64,000 bases of DNA from an uncultured delta proteobacterium (GTDB lineage: Bacteria; Myxococcota; Myxococcia; Myxococcales; Anaeromyxobacteraceae). The notes below the pieces were generated by a model that worked only from the letters and a program-made list of their open reading frames with translations, was not told where the DNA came from and searched no databases. Where the stretch lies: NCBI GenBank assembly GCA_963766715.1, contig CAVYBH010000012.1:384001-448000 (forward strand). The letters are read 5' to 3'. Position 1 is the first letter of the stretch. The number at the start of each line of letters is the position of its first letter. Positions 32,582 through 44,648 of this stretch are shown one piece after another. A program made the position numbers and the translations under genes.

Positions 32582-32596
32582 CGGCATAACCCTTGC
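32582..32596 (+). promoter_or_regulatory. Sigma54 promoter (divergent)
   Basis: CGGCATAACCCTTGC = GG-N10-GC upstream of ATG 32638. Confidence 0.6.
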
Positions 32597-32637
32597 GCAG
32601 CGGGGAATTGCACCGCATCGTGAGGGTTACATCGGCC

Positions 32638-33325
32638 ATGAGCGACCTTCATCCACATCCATCATCCACTGCCGAGAGCCATCCGGACCCCGAGGAGAAG
32701 GCGAGCCACCTCGCCTTCGTTGCCCACGAGAATCCGCAATCCCCTCTCGACCGCCCTGTGGAGCGTGGAGTTGCTCGCCCGGATGACGCCCGAGGAGCGC
32801 GGAGGTGCTCGCGGCGAGAAGCTCTCGCGCATGTCCCTCCGGGCGCTCAGCCGGCTCCGCAGGCTGGTGGAGGACCACCTCCTCGCTGCCCGCCTGGACG
32901 TCGGCGGCATCCCGGTCGAGGTCGAGGAGATCCCGGCCCGGGAGATCTTCCCCGGGGCGGCCGTCCTCGGAGCCGCCTCCCTCGAGCTGGAGCTCGAGTC
33001 CGGCCTCTCGGTCGTCGCCGACCCCGGGCTGGCCCGGCGCGCCGTGGAGGGGCTGCTGCTCTCGGCTGCCCGGGACGGGGCGGACGTTCGGGTGGTCGGA
33101 ACGCGGCGGGGAAGGATGGCGCGATTCCGGGTCACCGGTTCGCCCGCCTCGGCGGGAGAGCTCGCCGACCCGCTTCGCGGCCACCCGGGCGACACCCGGG
33201 GCGCGGCGCTCGCCCCCTCCGTCTCCCGGCGCGCCTGTGCGCTCCTGGGCGGGTCGATCCGCGTCGAGGGGGAGGCCTGGGTCCTCGAGCTTCCCGCACC
33301 GGACGCGCCGAAGAGCCAGAGCTAG
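32638..33325 (+). CDS. Sensorless HisKA protein with degenerate HATPase domain (indel near 32730)
   Basis: LAFVAHE/IRNPL H-box across a frameshift; N, G1 and G2 boxes not recognisable. Confidence 0.65.
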
Positions 33326-33341
33326 CCGCGGCCCGGAAGTC

Positions 33342-33370
33342 TTGACAGGGAGGGGGCCCTCCGCTACAAG
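33342..33370 (+). promoter_or_regulatory. Sigma70 promoter of rplC
   Basis: TTGACA-N17-TACAAG. Confidence 0.65.
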
Positions 33371-33445
33371 TCCGCGCTCCCAATCCGTTTTTCTGCACGT
33401 CCTCTCCGGCCAGCCGTCGCGGGGCGGACCAATGCGAGGTGTCAC

Positions 33446-34156
33446 ATGGCTACTGGTCTCCTGGGTCGCAAGGTCGGCATGACCCACATCTTCACCCCCG
33501 ACGGCGACTGCGTTCCCGTCACCGTTCTCGAGATGGGCCCCTGCACCGTCATCCGTCGCAAGACGGCCGACAAGGACGGCTACGACGCCGTGGTGCTCGG
33601 CTTCGGCGAGGTCCCCGAGAAGAAGGAGAAGCGGCTCTCCAAGGCCGAGGTCGGCGTCTTCAAGAAGGCCGGCACGCCGGTCTTCCGCCACCTGAAGGAA
33701 GTCCGCCCCCGCGACCCGAAGCTCCTCGGCGAGCTCAAGACGGGCGACGTCGTGAAGGTCGACCAGGTCTTCAAGATCGACCAGCGCGTCGACGTGACCG
33801 GCACCAGCAAGGGGCGCGGCTTCGCCGGCGTCTTCAAGCGCTGGGGAATGAAGGGCGCCGCCCGCGACTCGTCCACGGCCCACGAGCACCACCGGCACCC
33901 GGGCGCGATCGGTCAGCGCAAGACGCCCGGCAAGGTGTGGAAGGGCAAGCACCTCCCCGGCCAGTACGGCGTCGACAACATCACCACCCAGAACCTGACG
34001 GTCGCCGGCATCGAGGCCGAGGGGAACCTCCTCCTCGTGAAGGGCGCAGTGGCCGGCCACGCCGACGGGCTCGTCTTCGTCGACACCGCCTCCAAGGGAC
34101 AGCCCCGCCCCAAGAAGAAGCAGGAAGTCCGCGAGCGCGCCAAGCCGAAGGTCTAG
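33446..34156 (+). CDS. rplC: 50S ribosomal protein L3
   Basis: GRKVGMT, DGYDAV, VDVTGTSKGRGFAGV, HRHPGAIG. Confidence 0.95.
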   Translation: MATGLLGRKVGMTHIFTPDGDCVPVTVLEMGPCTVIRRKTADKDGYDAVVLGFGEVPEKKEKRLSKAEVGVFKKAGTPVFRHLKEVRPRDPKLLGELKTGDVVKVDQVFKIDQRVDVTGTSKGRGFAGVFKRWGMKGAARDSSTAHEHHRHPGAIGQRKTPGKVWKGKHLPGQYGVDNITTQNLTVAGIEAEGNLLLVKGAVAGHADGLVFVDTASKGQPRPKKKQEVRERAKPKV

Positions 34157-34188
34157 CCAGGCGGCCCGGACGTCCGGACCTCCGGACG

Positions 34189-34227
34189 AAAAAAGGGGTG
34201 GCGAGCGATCGCCACCCCTTTTCCTTT
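34189..34227. terminator. Bidirectional intrinsic terminator between rplC and typA
   Basis: AAAAAA-GGGGTGGCGA-GCGA-TCGCCACCCC-TTTT. Confidence 0.85.
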
Positions 34228-34250
34228 CCGGGAACCGGTCCGGACTTCGG

Positions 34251-36113
<1,863 letters not shown>

Positions 36114-36199
36114 GGGAGGGGGGAGCGGCGCGTCTCATATACGCGCTGCGTCGAACGGGCAAGGGAAAACCCCCGGCGGGTGGCCGGCAGGAGGCAAGG

Positions 36200-36589
36200 A
36201 TGGAGGGCGTGAAGGGGCTTCACCACGTCGCGCTTCGCTGCGTCGATCTGGAGAAAAGCGTCGACTTCTACGGCGGCGTCCTCGGGCTGGAGGTGCTGCG
36301 CCGGTGGCCCGGGGAGGGCGGAGCGGAGCGGAGCGTCTGGCTGTCCACGGGTCCGGGATTCCTCGCCCTGGAGCGGGCGACGGGACCGGCGGGGGCGGGC
36401 GCGTTCGAGGACACCCCGGCGGGGTGGCAGGTGGTGGCGCTCCAGATCGCGCGCGCCGACCGGGGGGCCTGGGAGGAGCGACTGGGCGGCAAGGGCGTGG
36501 CGCTCGCCCGGCGCACGCCGTTCTCGCTCTTCTTCCAGGACCCGGAGGGAAACCGCGTGGCGCTCTCCCACTGGCCGGAGGAGGCGTGA
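36200..36589 (+). CDS. VOC/glyoxalase-family protein
   Basis: [21 protein letters not shown]. Confidence 0.85.
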   Translation: MEGVKGLHHVALRCVDLEKSVDFYGGVLGLEVLRRWPGEGGAERSVWLSTGPGFLALERATGPAGAGAFEDTPAGWQVVALQIARADRGAWEERLGGKGVALARRTPFSLFFQDPEGNRVALSHWPEEA

Positions 36590-37297
36590 CCTTCGACCGC
36601 CGGCGCTTCGCCCGGGACAATTATCTCTACCTGCTGACCGAGGGCGAGGACGCGGCCCTGGTCGATCCCGCCGACCCGGAGGTCGCCCTGGAACTCGCCC
36701 GGAGCCGGGGGGTTCGCCCGCGATGGATCCTGCACACCCACGGCCACGCCGACCACTCGGGCGGGAGCGCCCGGCTTCGCGGCGAGCTCGGGGCGGAGGT
36801 GCTCGGGCACGGTGGGGATGCCGACAGGTTCGCTCCGGACCGGGACCTCGCCGGGGTGGCCGAGCTCGAGCTCGGGCGCCTCCGCCTCCGGGTTCACCCC
36901 GCGCCCGGGACACACCCCCGGGTCGGTGCTGCTGGAGTGGCAGGGGAAGCTCCTCACCGGCGACACGCTCTTCTGGGGCGGATGCGGCAACTGCCGGAGC
37001 GGCGGCGACCCCGTACGGCTGGCCGAGACCTTCCGCACGGTCTTCCCGCGGCTCGACCCCCGGCTGGAGGTGCACCCGGGGCACGACTACGCGGAGGCCA
37101 ACCTCGGCTTCGTCATCGACCGGGAGCCGGGAAACCTGGCGGCCGTCGGCCGCCTCGCCGCGGTCCGGGGTGCGCGAAGCGCGGGGGTCGAGCCGGAGGC
37201 GAGCGACCTCTCGGAGGAGGTGCTCGTGAACCCCTTCCTGAGGGCCCCGGACGAGGCGGCCTTCCTGAGGCTGCGCGGACTGCGCGATTGGTGGTGA
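36586..37297 (+). CDS. Hydroxyacylglutathione hydrolase (glyoxalase II)-like MBL (indel near 36915)
   Basis: [38 protein letters not shown]. Confidence 0.85.
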
Positions 37298-37339
37298 TGG
37301 GACGCGTCCGGGCCTGCTAGGATCCCGCTCGCGGGAGGT

Positions 37340-38050
<711 letters not shown>

Positions 38051-38054
38051 GTAC

Positions 38055-38090
38055 AAAGAGGGGTTAGCCGAGCGGCTAGCCCCTCTTTTC
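38055..38090 (+). terminator. Terminator after tRNA
   Basis: AAAGAGGGGTTAGCCG-AG-CGGCTAGCCCCTCTTTT. Confidence 0.8.
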
Positions 38091-38104
38091 TTGCCCGGAA
38101 TCGG

Positions 38105-38126
38105 CTGCGGGCACGTCTGCGGGCAC
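38105..38126. repeat. Direct repeat CTGCGGGCAC x2, integrase arm-site-like
   Basis: Two 10-mers with 12-bp period, 55 bp downstream of the tRNA 3' end. Confidence 0.5.
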
Positions 38127-38330
38127 ACGCTTCCGGTTCCCGGTGACTCCTGGGGAACTCCAGCCCTACCGGAGTCCCACCCGACGACGCACGCTCCCTG
38201 ACCTGACGCGCCTCACGAGAGCCGACTCCACGTCCGCGGGGCGGGAAGGCCTACCTGGAGTGCAAGGTCGATGGCGATTGCGGCAAGGATCCCACCTGCC
38301 GGGATGCCGGCACGGCGTACCGGACCACCC

Positions 38331-38573
38331 CTACCGCCCCGCGATCCATCCCGCCACTCCGACTGGGTGACCTGCATCCGCGCCATCTACGAATGAGCAC
38401 GCCGTGCCAGCGTCGAGGCGCAACGCCTCTGTGACGCCAGCGGTCCAGGCATCTGCCAACGACATGAACCAACAGTTCAGGGCGACGCCATCCAAGTCCG
38501 CCGTCCACCGATTGTGGGTGGCGGTCACTTCGAGCGTGTGCGCTCCGACCGCGTAGGCCCATTTCGTCATCAT
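38331..38573 (-). CDS. Small hypothetical protein
   Basis: AGAGGG RBS; Trp-rich 80-aa ORF (RWTADLDG..AWTAGV). Confidence 0.5.
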   Translation of the reverse strand: MMTKWAYAVGAHTLEVTATHNRWTADLDGVALNCWFMSLADAWTAGVTEALRLDAGTACSFVDGADAGHPVGVAGWIAGR

Positions 38574-38846
38574 CACCACCCCCTCTACCCTCAGTTGAGT
38601 CGAAATCTGCGGCTCGCCAAAGACCATGAGCGCCCGTCGAGTGACCTGGGGATGAGTGCCGCGCCTACAGTCCCGTACCTGCTCTGTTTCGCTCGGATCA
38701 GCGGGCAAGAATGCCGACGCGGGCGCTCGCACTGGTAGCGAACGGATCGCCGGCCCGCCTGTCGTCCAGTCTGCGCGAAGCTCGTCGTCGAAGGAGTCCG
38801 TGAAGACGCTTCGAGGTCCCTCGCGGCGGGTGCTACGCTTCTGGGT

Positions 38847-39434
38847 GTGCCCGTCCCTATCTCCGTCCGCGGCTATCTGGTCGCCAGCCTGTTCACCCTC
38901 ACGGCCTGCGCGACGGTCCCCGTCAAGGACCCGGCACCCACCGTTGCTGCTGTCCAGGCGGAGAGGCCGGTCGTGAAGGCGGCCCCTGCTCCTTCGGCGA
39001 AGGAGCAGGTTGCGTTCGGCTTCTCGAAGGGCATGACGCTGACGCAGGCGAACGCCCTCGTGTCGCTCCGGCTGCTGCCCAGGAACTCAGCCACCTTCGC
39101 GACGAGGAGGATGCCGGTCCCGCACCCTCCGTTCTCCGAGGTGCTGGTCGAAATCTCCCCGACCGTTGGCCTGTGTCGAGTCGTGGCGTCGACCCTGGCC
39201 ACGGAGGCAGAGCGGGCGGCACCCCAGCTCGAGGCCGTACTTCGTGAACTCGTCGGGCGGCATGGCACCCCCGAGGCGGATGTCGGGAGGGACCCCACCG
39301 CGCGCGCCGTGTGGGCGGAGCCCTTCGGCCCGGGAAGCGCGGTCTGGGTCTATGAGACGAAGGATTCAAAGGGCTCCTCCACGGTCGTCGTCGACTACCT
39401 CTTCACCAACTACCAGACGTGCCGCGACGAATGA
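38847..39434 (+). CDS. Hypothetical lipoprotein
   Basis: LTAC lipobox after a hydrophobic segment. Confidence 0.65.
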   Translation: MPVPISVRGYLVASLFTLTACATVPVKDPAPTVAAVQAERPVVKAAPAPSAKEQVAFGFSKGMTLTQANALVSLRLLPRNSATFATRRMPVPHPPFSEVLVEISPTVGLCRVVASTLATEAERAAPQLEAVLRELVGRHGTPEADVGRDPTARAVWAEPFGPGSAVWVYETKDSKGSSTVVVDYLFTNYQTCRDE

Positions 39435-39791
39435 GAGTGGGGGCACTTCACCCCGCGTGCCACATCTTCGTTGTGCCCATTCCCCTCGACTGCCCCGACT
39501 CGCTGATGCCGACCCCCGTGCGACGTTCCCGGCGTGAACTAAGCGATGGGCACGCAGATTGGCGTGACCTATTCTCCAACGTCGCCGCGGGGGTTGATTC
39601 GGGGCAGAGGGGACCATGCCGAAGTTGAATGAAGGGATGACGATGGACCAAGTGAAGGGCCTCCTGGGCCTCCCCGAGAGCATCGCGATGACGGGGGGCA
39701 CGCGCGTCGGGGCTCCGGGGCAGGACCCCTTCGTCCACCGCGACATGAACGGTTTCCTCGACGCCTCCCCTGGCAGTGCCCCCCGGGACAC

Positions 39792-40955
39792 GTGAGGGTC
39801 CTCGCGCTGGCGGTGCTGCTCGGCTTCAGCTGGGCCAACCGGGCCGGCTGCTGCTGGCTGGCCGGCCACACGCCGTACACGGTCCGCCCGTCCCCACCCG
39901 GGCAGGGCGCGCCCCCTCCGGCGGAGCCGCCGGCGCTTCGCGCGCTCCTCTTCGCCGACTTCGGCGACGACACGTGCCAGCAGGCCGCCGTGGCGAAGGC
40001 GATGGCGGGGTCCAACGCGCGCGCGCCCTTCAATCTCGCCTTCTCGGCGGGCGACAACATCTACGAATGTGGACCGGATCCGCGCCTCCCGGGTGCGGCC
40101 GCATGCGCCTTCGCGGCGGACGGGAACACGGTGACGCCCGGCTATCGCGCGCCGGAGGATCCCCGCTTCAGGAAGCTCTTCGAGGCGCCGCTGACGCCGG
40201 TCGCCACCGGCGGCCGGCCCGTTCCCGTGTATCTCGCACTGGGCAACCACGACCAGAACACCGGCGCGAACTGCCGGGAGGGTGACCTCGATCCCCGGTC
40301 ACTCGGCCGCGTGCGCGCCTGCCTGGAGGTGGCGCACGAGGGGCCTCGGTGGCGGATGCCGGGGCGCCACTACACCGTGGACGAGGGAGGCGCCCGGTTC
40401 GTGGTCCTCGACTCGAACCTGCTCGTCGCGGACTACGGCGGCTTCACGCTCGACGGCGAGGCGGCGTTCCTTCGCGAGGCCACGAAGGGCTGCGAGCAGC
40501 GCCCGTGCTTCGTGGTGGCTCACCATCCTCCGGCGAGCGCCGCCCACGGCGACGGCGATGCATCCCCGGCCGACGACCAGTTCGCCGATCGGGTGCGGCG
40601 CCTCCAGGGAGCGATGAGCGCCCCCGTCGCCGCCTGGCTCTCCGGGCACGACCACGACCTCCAGCACCTGCGAAGCCCGGCGGGCTTCGACGTGTTCGTC
40701 TCCGGCAACGGATCTCGCTGGCGGGACGAGAAGTTCGAGAAGATTCGCCCCCCCGGCACCGAGCTCTTCTTCGCCTCCACCGCATGGGGCTTCGCCGTGC
40801 TGGAGGTGTGGCCCGCCGGCTGGTCGGTCCGCTTCGAGGACGTGAACGGCGAGCCCCTGCATTGCTGCCAGGCCACGTTCCCCGGGAACTGCAAGCCGGT
40901 CACCTGTGGACGGATGCCACAGGGTCCGAGCCGGCGCGGCTCGTCGTCGCCCTAG
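39792..40955 (+). CDS. Secreted metallophosphoesterase (purple acid phosphatase-like)
   Basis: DFGD, GDNIY, GNHD, AHH, GHDH motifs; signal peptide. Confidence 0.88.
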   Translation: MRVLALAVLLGFSWANRAGCCWLAGHTPYTVRPSPPGQGAPPPAEPPALRALLFADFGDDTCQQAAVAKAMAGSNARAPFNLAFSAGDNIYECGPDPRLPGAAACAFAADGNTVTPGYRAPEDPRFRKLFEAPLTPVATGGRPVPVYLALGNHDQNTGANCREGDLDPRSLGRVRACLEVAHEGPRWRMPGRHYTVDEGGARFVVLDSNLLVADYGGFTLDGEAAFLREATKGCEQRPCFVVAHHPPASAAHGDGDASPADDQFADRVRRLQGAMSAPVAAWLSGHDHDLQHLRSPAGFDVFVSGNGSRWRDEKFEKIRPPGTELFFASTAWGFAVLEVWPAGWSVRFEDVNGEPLHCCQATFPGNCKPVTCGRMPQGPSRRGSSSP

Positions 40956-40957
40956 CA

Positions 40958-41770
40958 TCACGCCAGGGCCTTGCGGCGTCCCTTCCTCACCTTGATGGCG
41001 AAGGACCACAGCCGGTCGGCGCGGCGGACGCCGATGCGGGTGATCTCGAAGTCGGTGGCCAGCGGCAGCGGGTTCACCCGGTTCCCGATGCGGAAGGCCA
41101 GCTGGATTCCGCTCCGGCGCAGCGTCGCGAAGAACGCCTCCCTCTGCGCGGGTTGCTTGCGCGGGTAGGCGCCGAACGGGTACGCCAGGACGGGCTGCAC
41201 CGGGATGCCGTGCCCGGCGAAGAAGGCGAAGGATTCCGCGATCTCCTTCTCCACCTCGATCGGGGCCAGCGTCGCGAAGCTCCGGTGGGTGGACGAGTGG
41301 AGCCCGATCTGCACGCCGGCGCGGACGAGCGCGCCGAGCATGGCCGCGTCCAGGAACGGCGTGAGGCGCCCCGCGTATTCCATCTCGCGACCGACGAAGG
41401 AGGAGACGACGAAGAGGCCCGCCGGGACCTGGTGGCGTTGCAGCACCGGGAGGAGATGCTCGAAGTGGTCCCGTGTCCCGTCGTCGAAGGTGAGCAGGAC
41501 GGGCCGGTCCGGCAACGGCGTCCCGTGCGCACGGTGGGCCAGGAGGTCCGAGAAGGCGACGAAGGAGTGGCCCTGGGCCTTCAGCCACCCGATCTGCCTG
41601 TCCAGCTCGGCCACCGCCACGGAGTCCCGCGCCGGGTACTCCCCGATCCGGTGGTACATCAGCACGCGAAGGCCCCCTCGCGGCGCGGGCGCGAGGAGAT
41701 TGAGCTCGAGGTGGAGCACGACGACCGCGATGGCCGCGGCGCAGAGGGCGAGGACGACGGGGACGCTCAC
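40958..41770 (-). CDS. Polysaccharide deacetylase
   Basis: LMYH, LTFDDG, HSSTH, AYPFG. Confidence 0.9.
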   Translation of the reverse strand: MSVPVVLALCAAAIAVVVLHLELNLLAPAPRGGLRVLMYHRIGEYPARDSVAVAELDRQIGWLKAQGHSFVAFSDLLAHRAHGTPLPDRPVLLTFDDGTRDHFEHLLPVLQRHQVPAGLFVVSSFVGREMEYAGRLTPFLDAAMLGALVRAGVQIGLHSSTHRSFATLAPIEVEKEIAESFAFFAGHGIPVQPVLAYPFGAYPRKQPAQREAFFATLRRSGIQLAFRIGNRVNPLPLATDFEITRIGVRRADRLWSFAIKVRKGRRKALA

Positions 41771-42528
41771 TCCGCGCGCCTCATCTCGTCGAGCTTCAGG
41801 TACTTCATCACCGCGGAGGTCGCGTGGAGGAAGGACCAGGTGAGACCCGGGGCGCCATTGAGGACGTTGCGCTGCATCACGTAGCTCTTGAGGAAGTAGA
41901 TCGGCCAGGCGAGGACCGCCAGCGATCGCGAGCGGCGCACGCCGGAGGCGTGAAGGGCCCTGGCTCCACGGGTGGTGTAATCGTTCATCTTCGCGAGGCC
42001 GTGCGACAGGTCGCGGATGCTGTGGTGGAAGAGCGGGTGTTGCAGCAAGCCCGACCGGACCCCGGGCGGTGATTCCCTCGTGAAGCGTGCCGGTCGTTGT
42101 ACGCGGCTCGCCTCCGGTCGAAGAGCCGGACGTGCCGATCCCTCGCGTGCTTCCCGTGCCGGAAGGCATGGCCCTGGAAGACGAGCGTCATCTGCACCAG
42201 GAACGCGGCCTCGGGGACCTCTTCCCGGGCCATCACCGCCCGGATCTCCTCGTTCAGGGCCGGGGTGAGCACCTCGTCGGCGTCCAGGGCGAGCACCCAG
42301 TCGTTCGCGGCCAGTCCCGCCGCGAAGCGCTTCTGGGTGCTGAAGTCGTCGAACCGGCGGGCGGTCACCCGGCAGCCCCTGGCCTGGCAGAATCTCGACG
42401 GTGCGGTCGTCGCTGCCGCCGTCGACCACGAGGATCTCGTCGGCGCACGAGATGGCGTCGAGCGTACGGCCAATCCGCGCCTCCTCGTTCAGCGTGATGA
42501 TGGCCACCGAGAGCTTCCGCGGAACCAT
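41767..42528 (-). CDS. GT2 glycosyltransferase, WaaE/KdtX-like (two indels)
   Basis: ITLNEE, VDGGSDD, WVLALDADE, RLFDR, KYLKL across frames. Confidence 0.85.
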   Translation of the reverse strand: MVPRKLSVAIITLNEEARIGRTLDAISCADEILVVDGGSDDRTVEILPGQGLPGDRPPVRRLQHPEALRGGTGRERLGARPGRRRGAHPGPERGDPGGDGPGRGPRGRVPGADDARLPGPCLPAREAREGSARPALRPEASRVQRPARFTRESPPGVRSGLLQHPLFHHSIRDLSHGLAKMNDYTTRGARALHASGVRRSRSLAVLAWPIYFLKSYVMQRNVLNGAPGLTWSFLHATSAVMKYLKLDEMRRAE

Positions 42529-42692
42529 GTCGCTCCTCTGGGCGCAACTGTACCCTGACCGTGTCCTGGTTTCCTGGTAGCCCGATCGTGGGGCTACGAA
42601 GGCGAGGCAAAAGGCGTCTGATGGCTTCGACGCCGGAGTGAGGGGGGCGATCGTCCTGCCGAGGCGGGACAATCGCACCGGCGGGTCCCAGG

Positions 42693-43166
42693 TCAGCCGG
42701 CGCCTCCACCTTCCTCGCCTGACGAGTTGGCCGCCCGTTCCCGCCTGCCGAAGAGCCAGTAGCCCGTCCAGGCGCCGGCCGCGGTCCCCGTGAGGGCGAC
42801 GGTCCCGGCCACGACCCCGGCGATCCACTCGGCGCCGGGATCCCCGCTCATCAACCGGCTCAGCACCAGGGCGGCGACGACGGCCACCACGAGCCCGAGG
42901 ACCATCCCCACGCCGCCCCCGTCGACGACCGCTGCCGCCCGGGGGTTGCGCTGCCTCAGGCGGCTCCGCAGCAGCAGCGCGAAGAGGAAGACGGCGACCA
43001 GGGCGAACGGGACGATCAGGAGCCTGGACTCGGGATCGAGGGCGGCGAAGGCGACGACCAGCACCGCCGCGATGCCCATCGCCACGAGGGCCATCAGGCC
43101 CTTCAGGTTGGTGAGGATGAGGACGGCCAGGACAATCGCCACCGCCATCTCGAGGACCCGGATCAC
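42693..43166 (-). CDS. Hypothetical membrane protein
   Basis: Several hydrophobic helices. Confidence 0.6.
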   Translation of the reverse strand: MIRVLEMAVAIVLAVLILTNLKGLMALVAMGIAAVLVVAFAALDPESRLLIVPFALVAVFLFALLLRSRLRQRNPRAAAVVDGGGVGMVLGLVVAVVAALVLSRLMSGDPGAEWIAGVVAGTVALTGTAAGAWTGYWLFGRRERAANSSGEEGGGAG

Positions 43167-43208
43167 GGTGTGTCTCCCGCCGTGGGCATGGAGCTCACCT
43201 TACCCCGA

Positions 43209-43691
43209 TCAGTGAAGCGTGCAGGCCCCGTACTCCGCCGTCGGCGTGGCCCGGGCGCAGAGGAGCGCGCCGCACTCGCCGTCGGTCCGGCACTTGCGCC
43301 CCACGATGTCGACGCTGGCCATCTCGATGACCGACTCGTTCAGGGCCGTGCTCTGGGGCTGACGGCACAGGTAGGTGACGCTCGTGGCGAAGACGGGGGA
43401 GGAGCCCGACGAGGCCACCGCGATCGGCCCGATGGAGTAGCCGATCCCCGTGGAGGTGGTCTGGCCGGTCTGGACCTGCGCGATCTCGACCACCTCGTAG
43501 ACGCCGCGGCAGTGCTGCTCGATGGCGGACACCGCCTGTCGCATGGCCGCCGGGGCGCCCGAGCCGTCTCCGACGAGGATCGTCCCGCCGTCGGTGGCCT
43601 TCCTGACCTGCCGTGCCGTCGCGGCCTGGACGCAGCCGGCCGCGAGCATCGCGATGGCCAGTGCGGAGCACGAGCCGAGGAATCTCGTCAT
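43209..43691 (-). CDS. Hypothetical lipoprotein with C-terminal CxxDxxC motif
   Basis: LAAGC lipobox; CRTDGECGALLC..C. Confidence 0.65.
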   Translation of the reverse strand: MTRFLGSCSALAIAMLAAGCVQAATARQVRKATDGGTILVGDGSGAPAAMRQAVSAIEQHCRGVYEVVEIAQVQTGQTTSTGIGYSIGPIAVASSGSSPVFATSVTYLCRQPQSTALNESVIEMASVDIVGRKCRTDGECGALLCARATPTAEYGACTLH

Positions 43692-43954
43692 GGACGGAGC
43701 CTAACCCAACCTACCTTTGCCACCACCAGTTCGGCTGCTCCGGCTCGGCGACGGGGCGAGGGGCACGGCCTCGAGGCAACCCAGGAATCGGGGAGGGGCG
43801 GCGCGCCATCTCGGACCGCAGCCGCTTCAGCCGCTCGGCCAGCCGCGCTCTCGCCTCGATCTCCCTGTCCTTGAGGTCCTTCATGGCGTCGTCTCCGTGA
43901 AGCCATTCCAGCACGGGGGTCTGTCATCCGGGGGAGGTGGTCTAGGATGTCCGG

Positions 43955-44597
43955 GTGACCCGGTACGCGTTCCTCCTCCTCGCCGGACTGGCGACCGCCC
44001 TGGCGGGGAGTCCGGCGCGCGGGCGACGACGGGATGGGATGCCCGGGCGGTGTGGTCTCGGTCGGCGACTCCCGGCTCGACCTCCTGGGCAAGTGCGGGG
44101 AGCCCACCTTCACGGAGTCCCGCCAGGCCCAGCGCCAGGAGTGGGTGGGCGACCGGGTGCAGGGTGCTTCCCGGACGGTCACCATCACGCTCGAGACCTG
44201 GACCTACGACCTCGGGCCCGGGCGGCTCGTCCAGTACGCGAGGATCGAGGCCGGCAGGGTCGTCGACGTCCGCAGCGGCGGGTACGGGCGCGCCGCCGAG
44301 GTCCGGCGGAGGGAGGGCGCCGTGCCGCGCGCTCCGTGCGAGCCCACCGCGATCCGGGCCGGCGACACGACCTACGATCTGCTGTCCCAGTGCGGCGAGC
44401 CGGTGTTCCGGGACGTCCGGGAGGAGCAGGTCTCGGTCGCCGAGAGCAACGGGCAGGTGGCCGCCGGAAGCACGATGTGGGTGGTGAAGGAGACCTGGAC
44501 CTACGACTTCGGGCCGCGCGCCTTCGTGCGCTACGTCCTCCTGCGGGACGGGCGCGTCACGGGGGTCCGGACCGGGAGCTACGGTTACTCGAAGTGA
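43955..44597 (+). CDS. Secreted tandem DUF2845-like protein (indel near 44030)
   Basis: Two repeats of GD..DLL..CGEP...ETWTYD(L/F)GP; signal peptide in shifted frame. Confidence 0.75.
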
Positions 44598-44648
44598 ACA
44601 ACGGCGCGAGGTTGCGACCCCCGTCCTCGCGTGCTACGAGACCTCGCC

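Noticed and set aside
34165..34250. Short CCGGAC repeats flanking the terminator
   Set aside because: Too short and irregular for a CRISPR or mobile repeat
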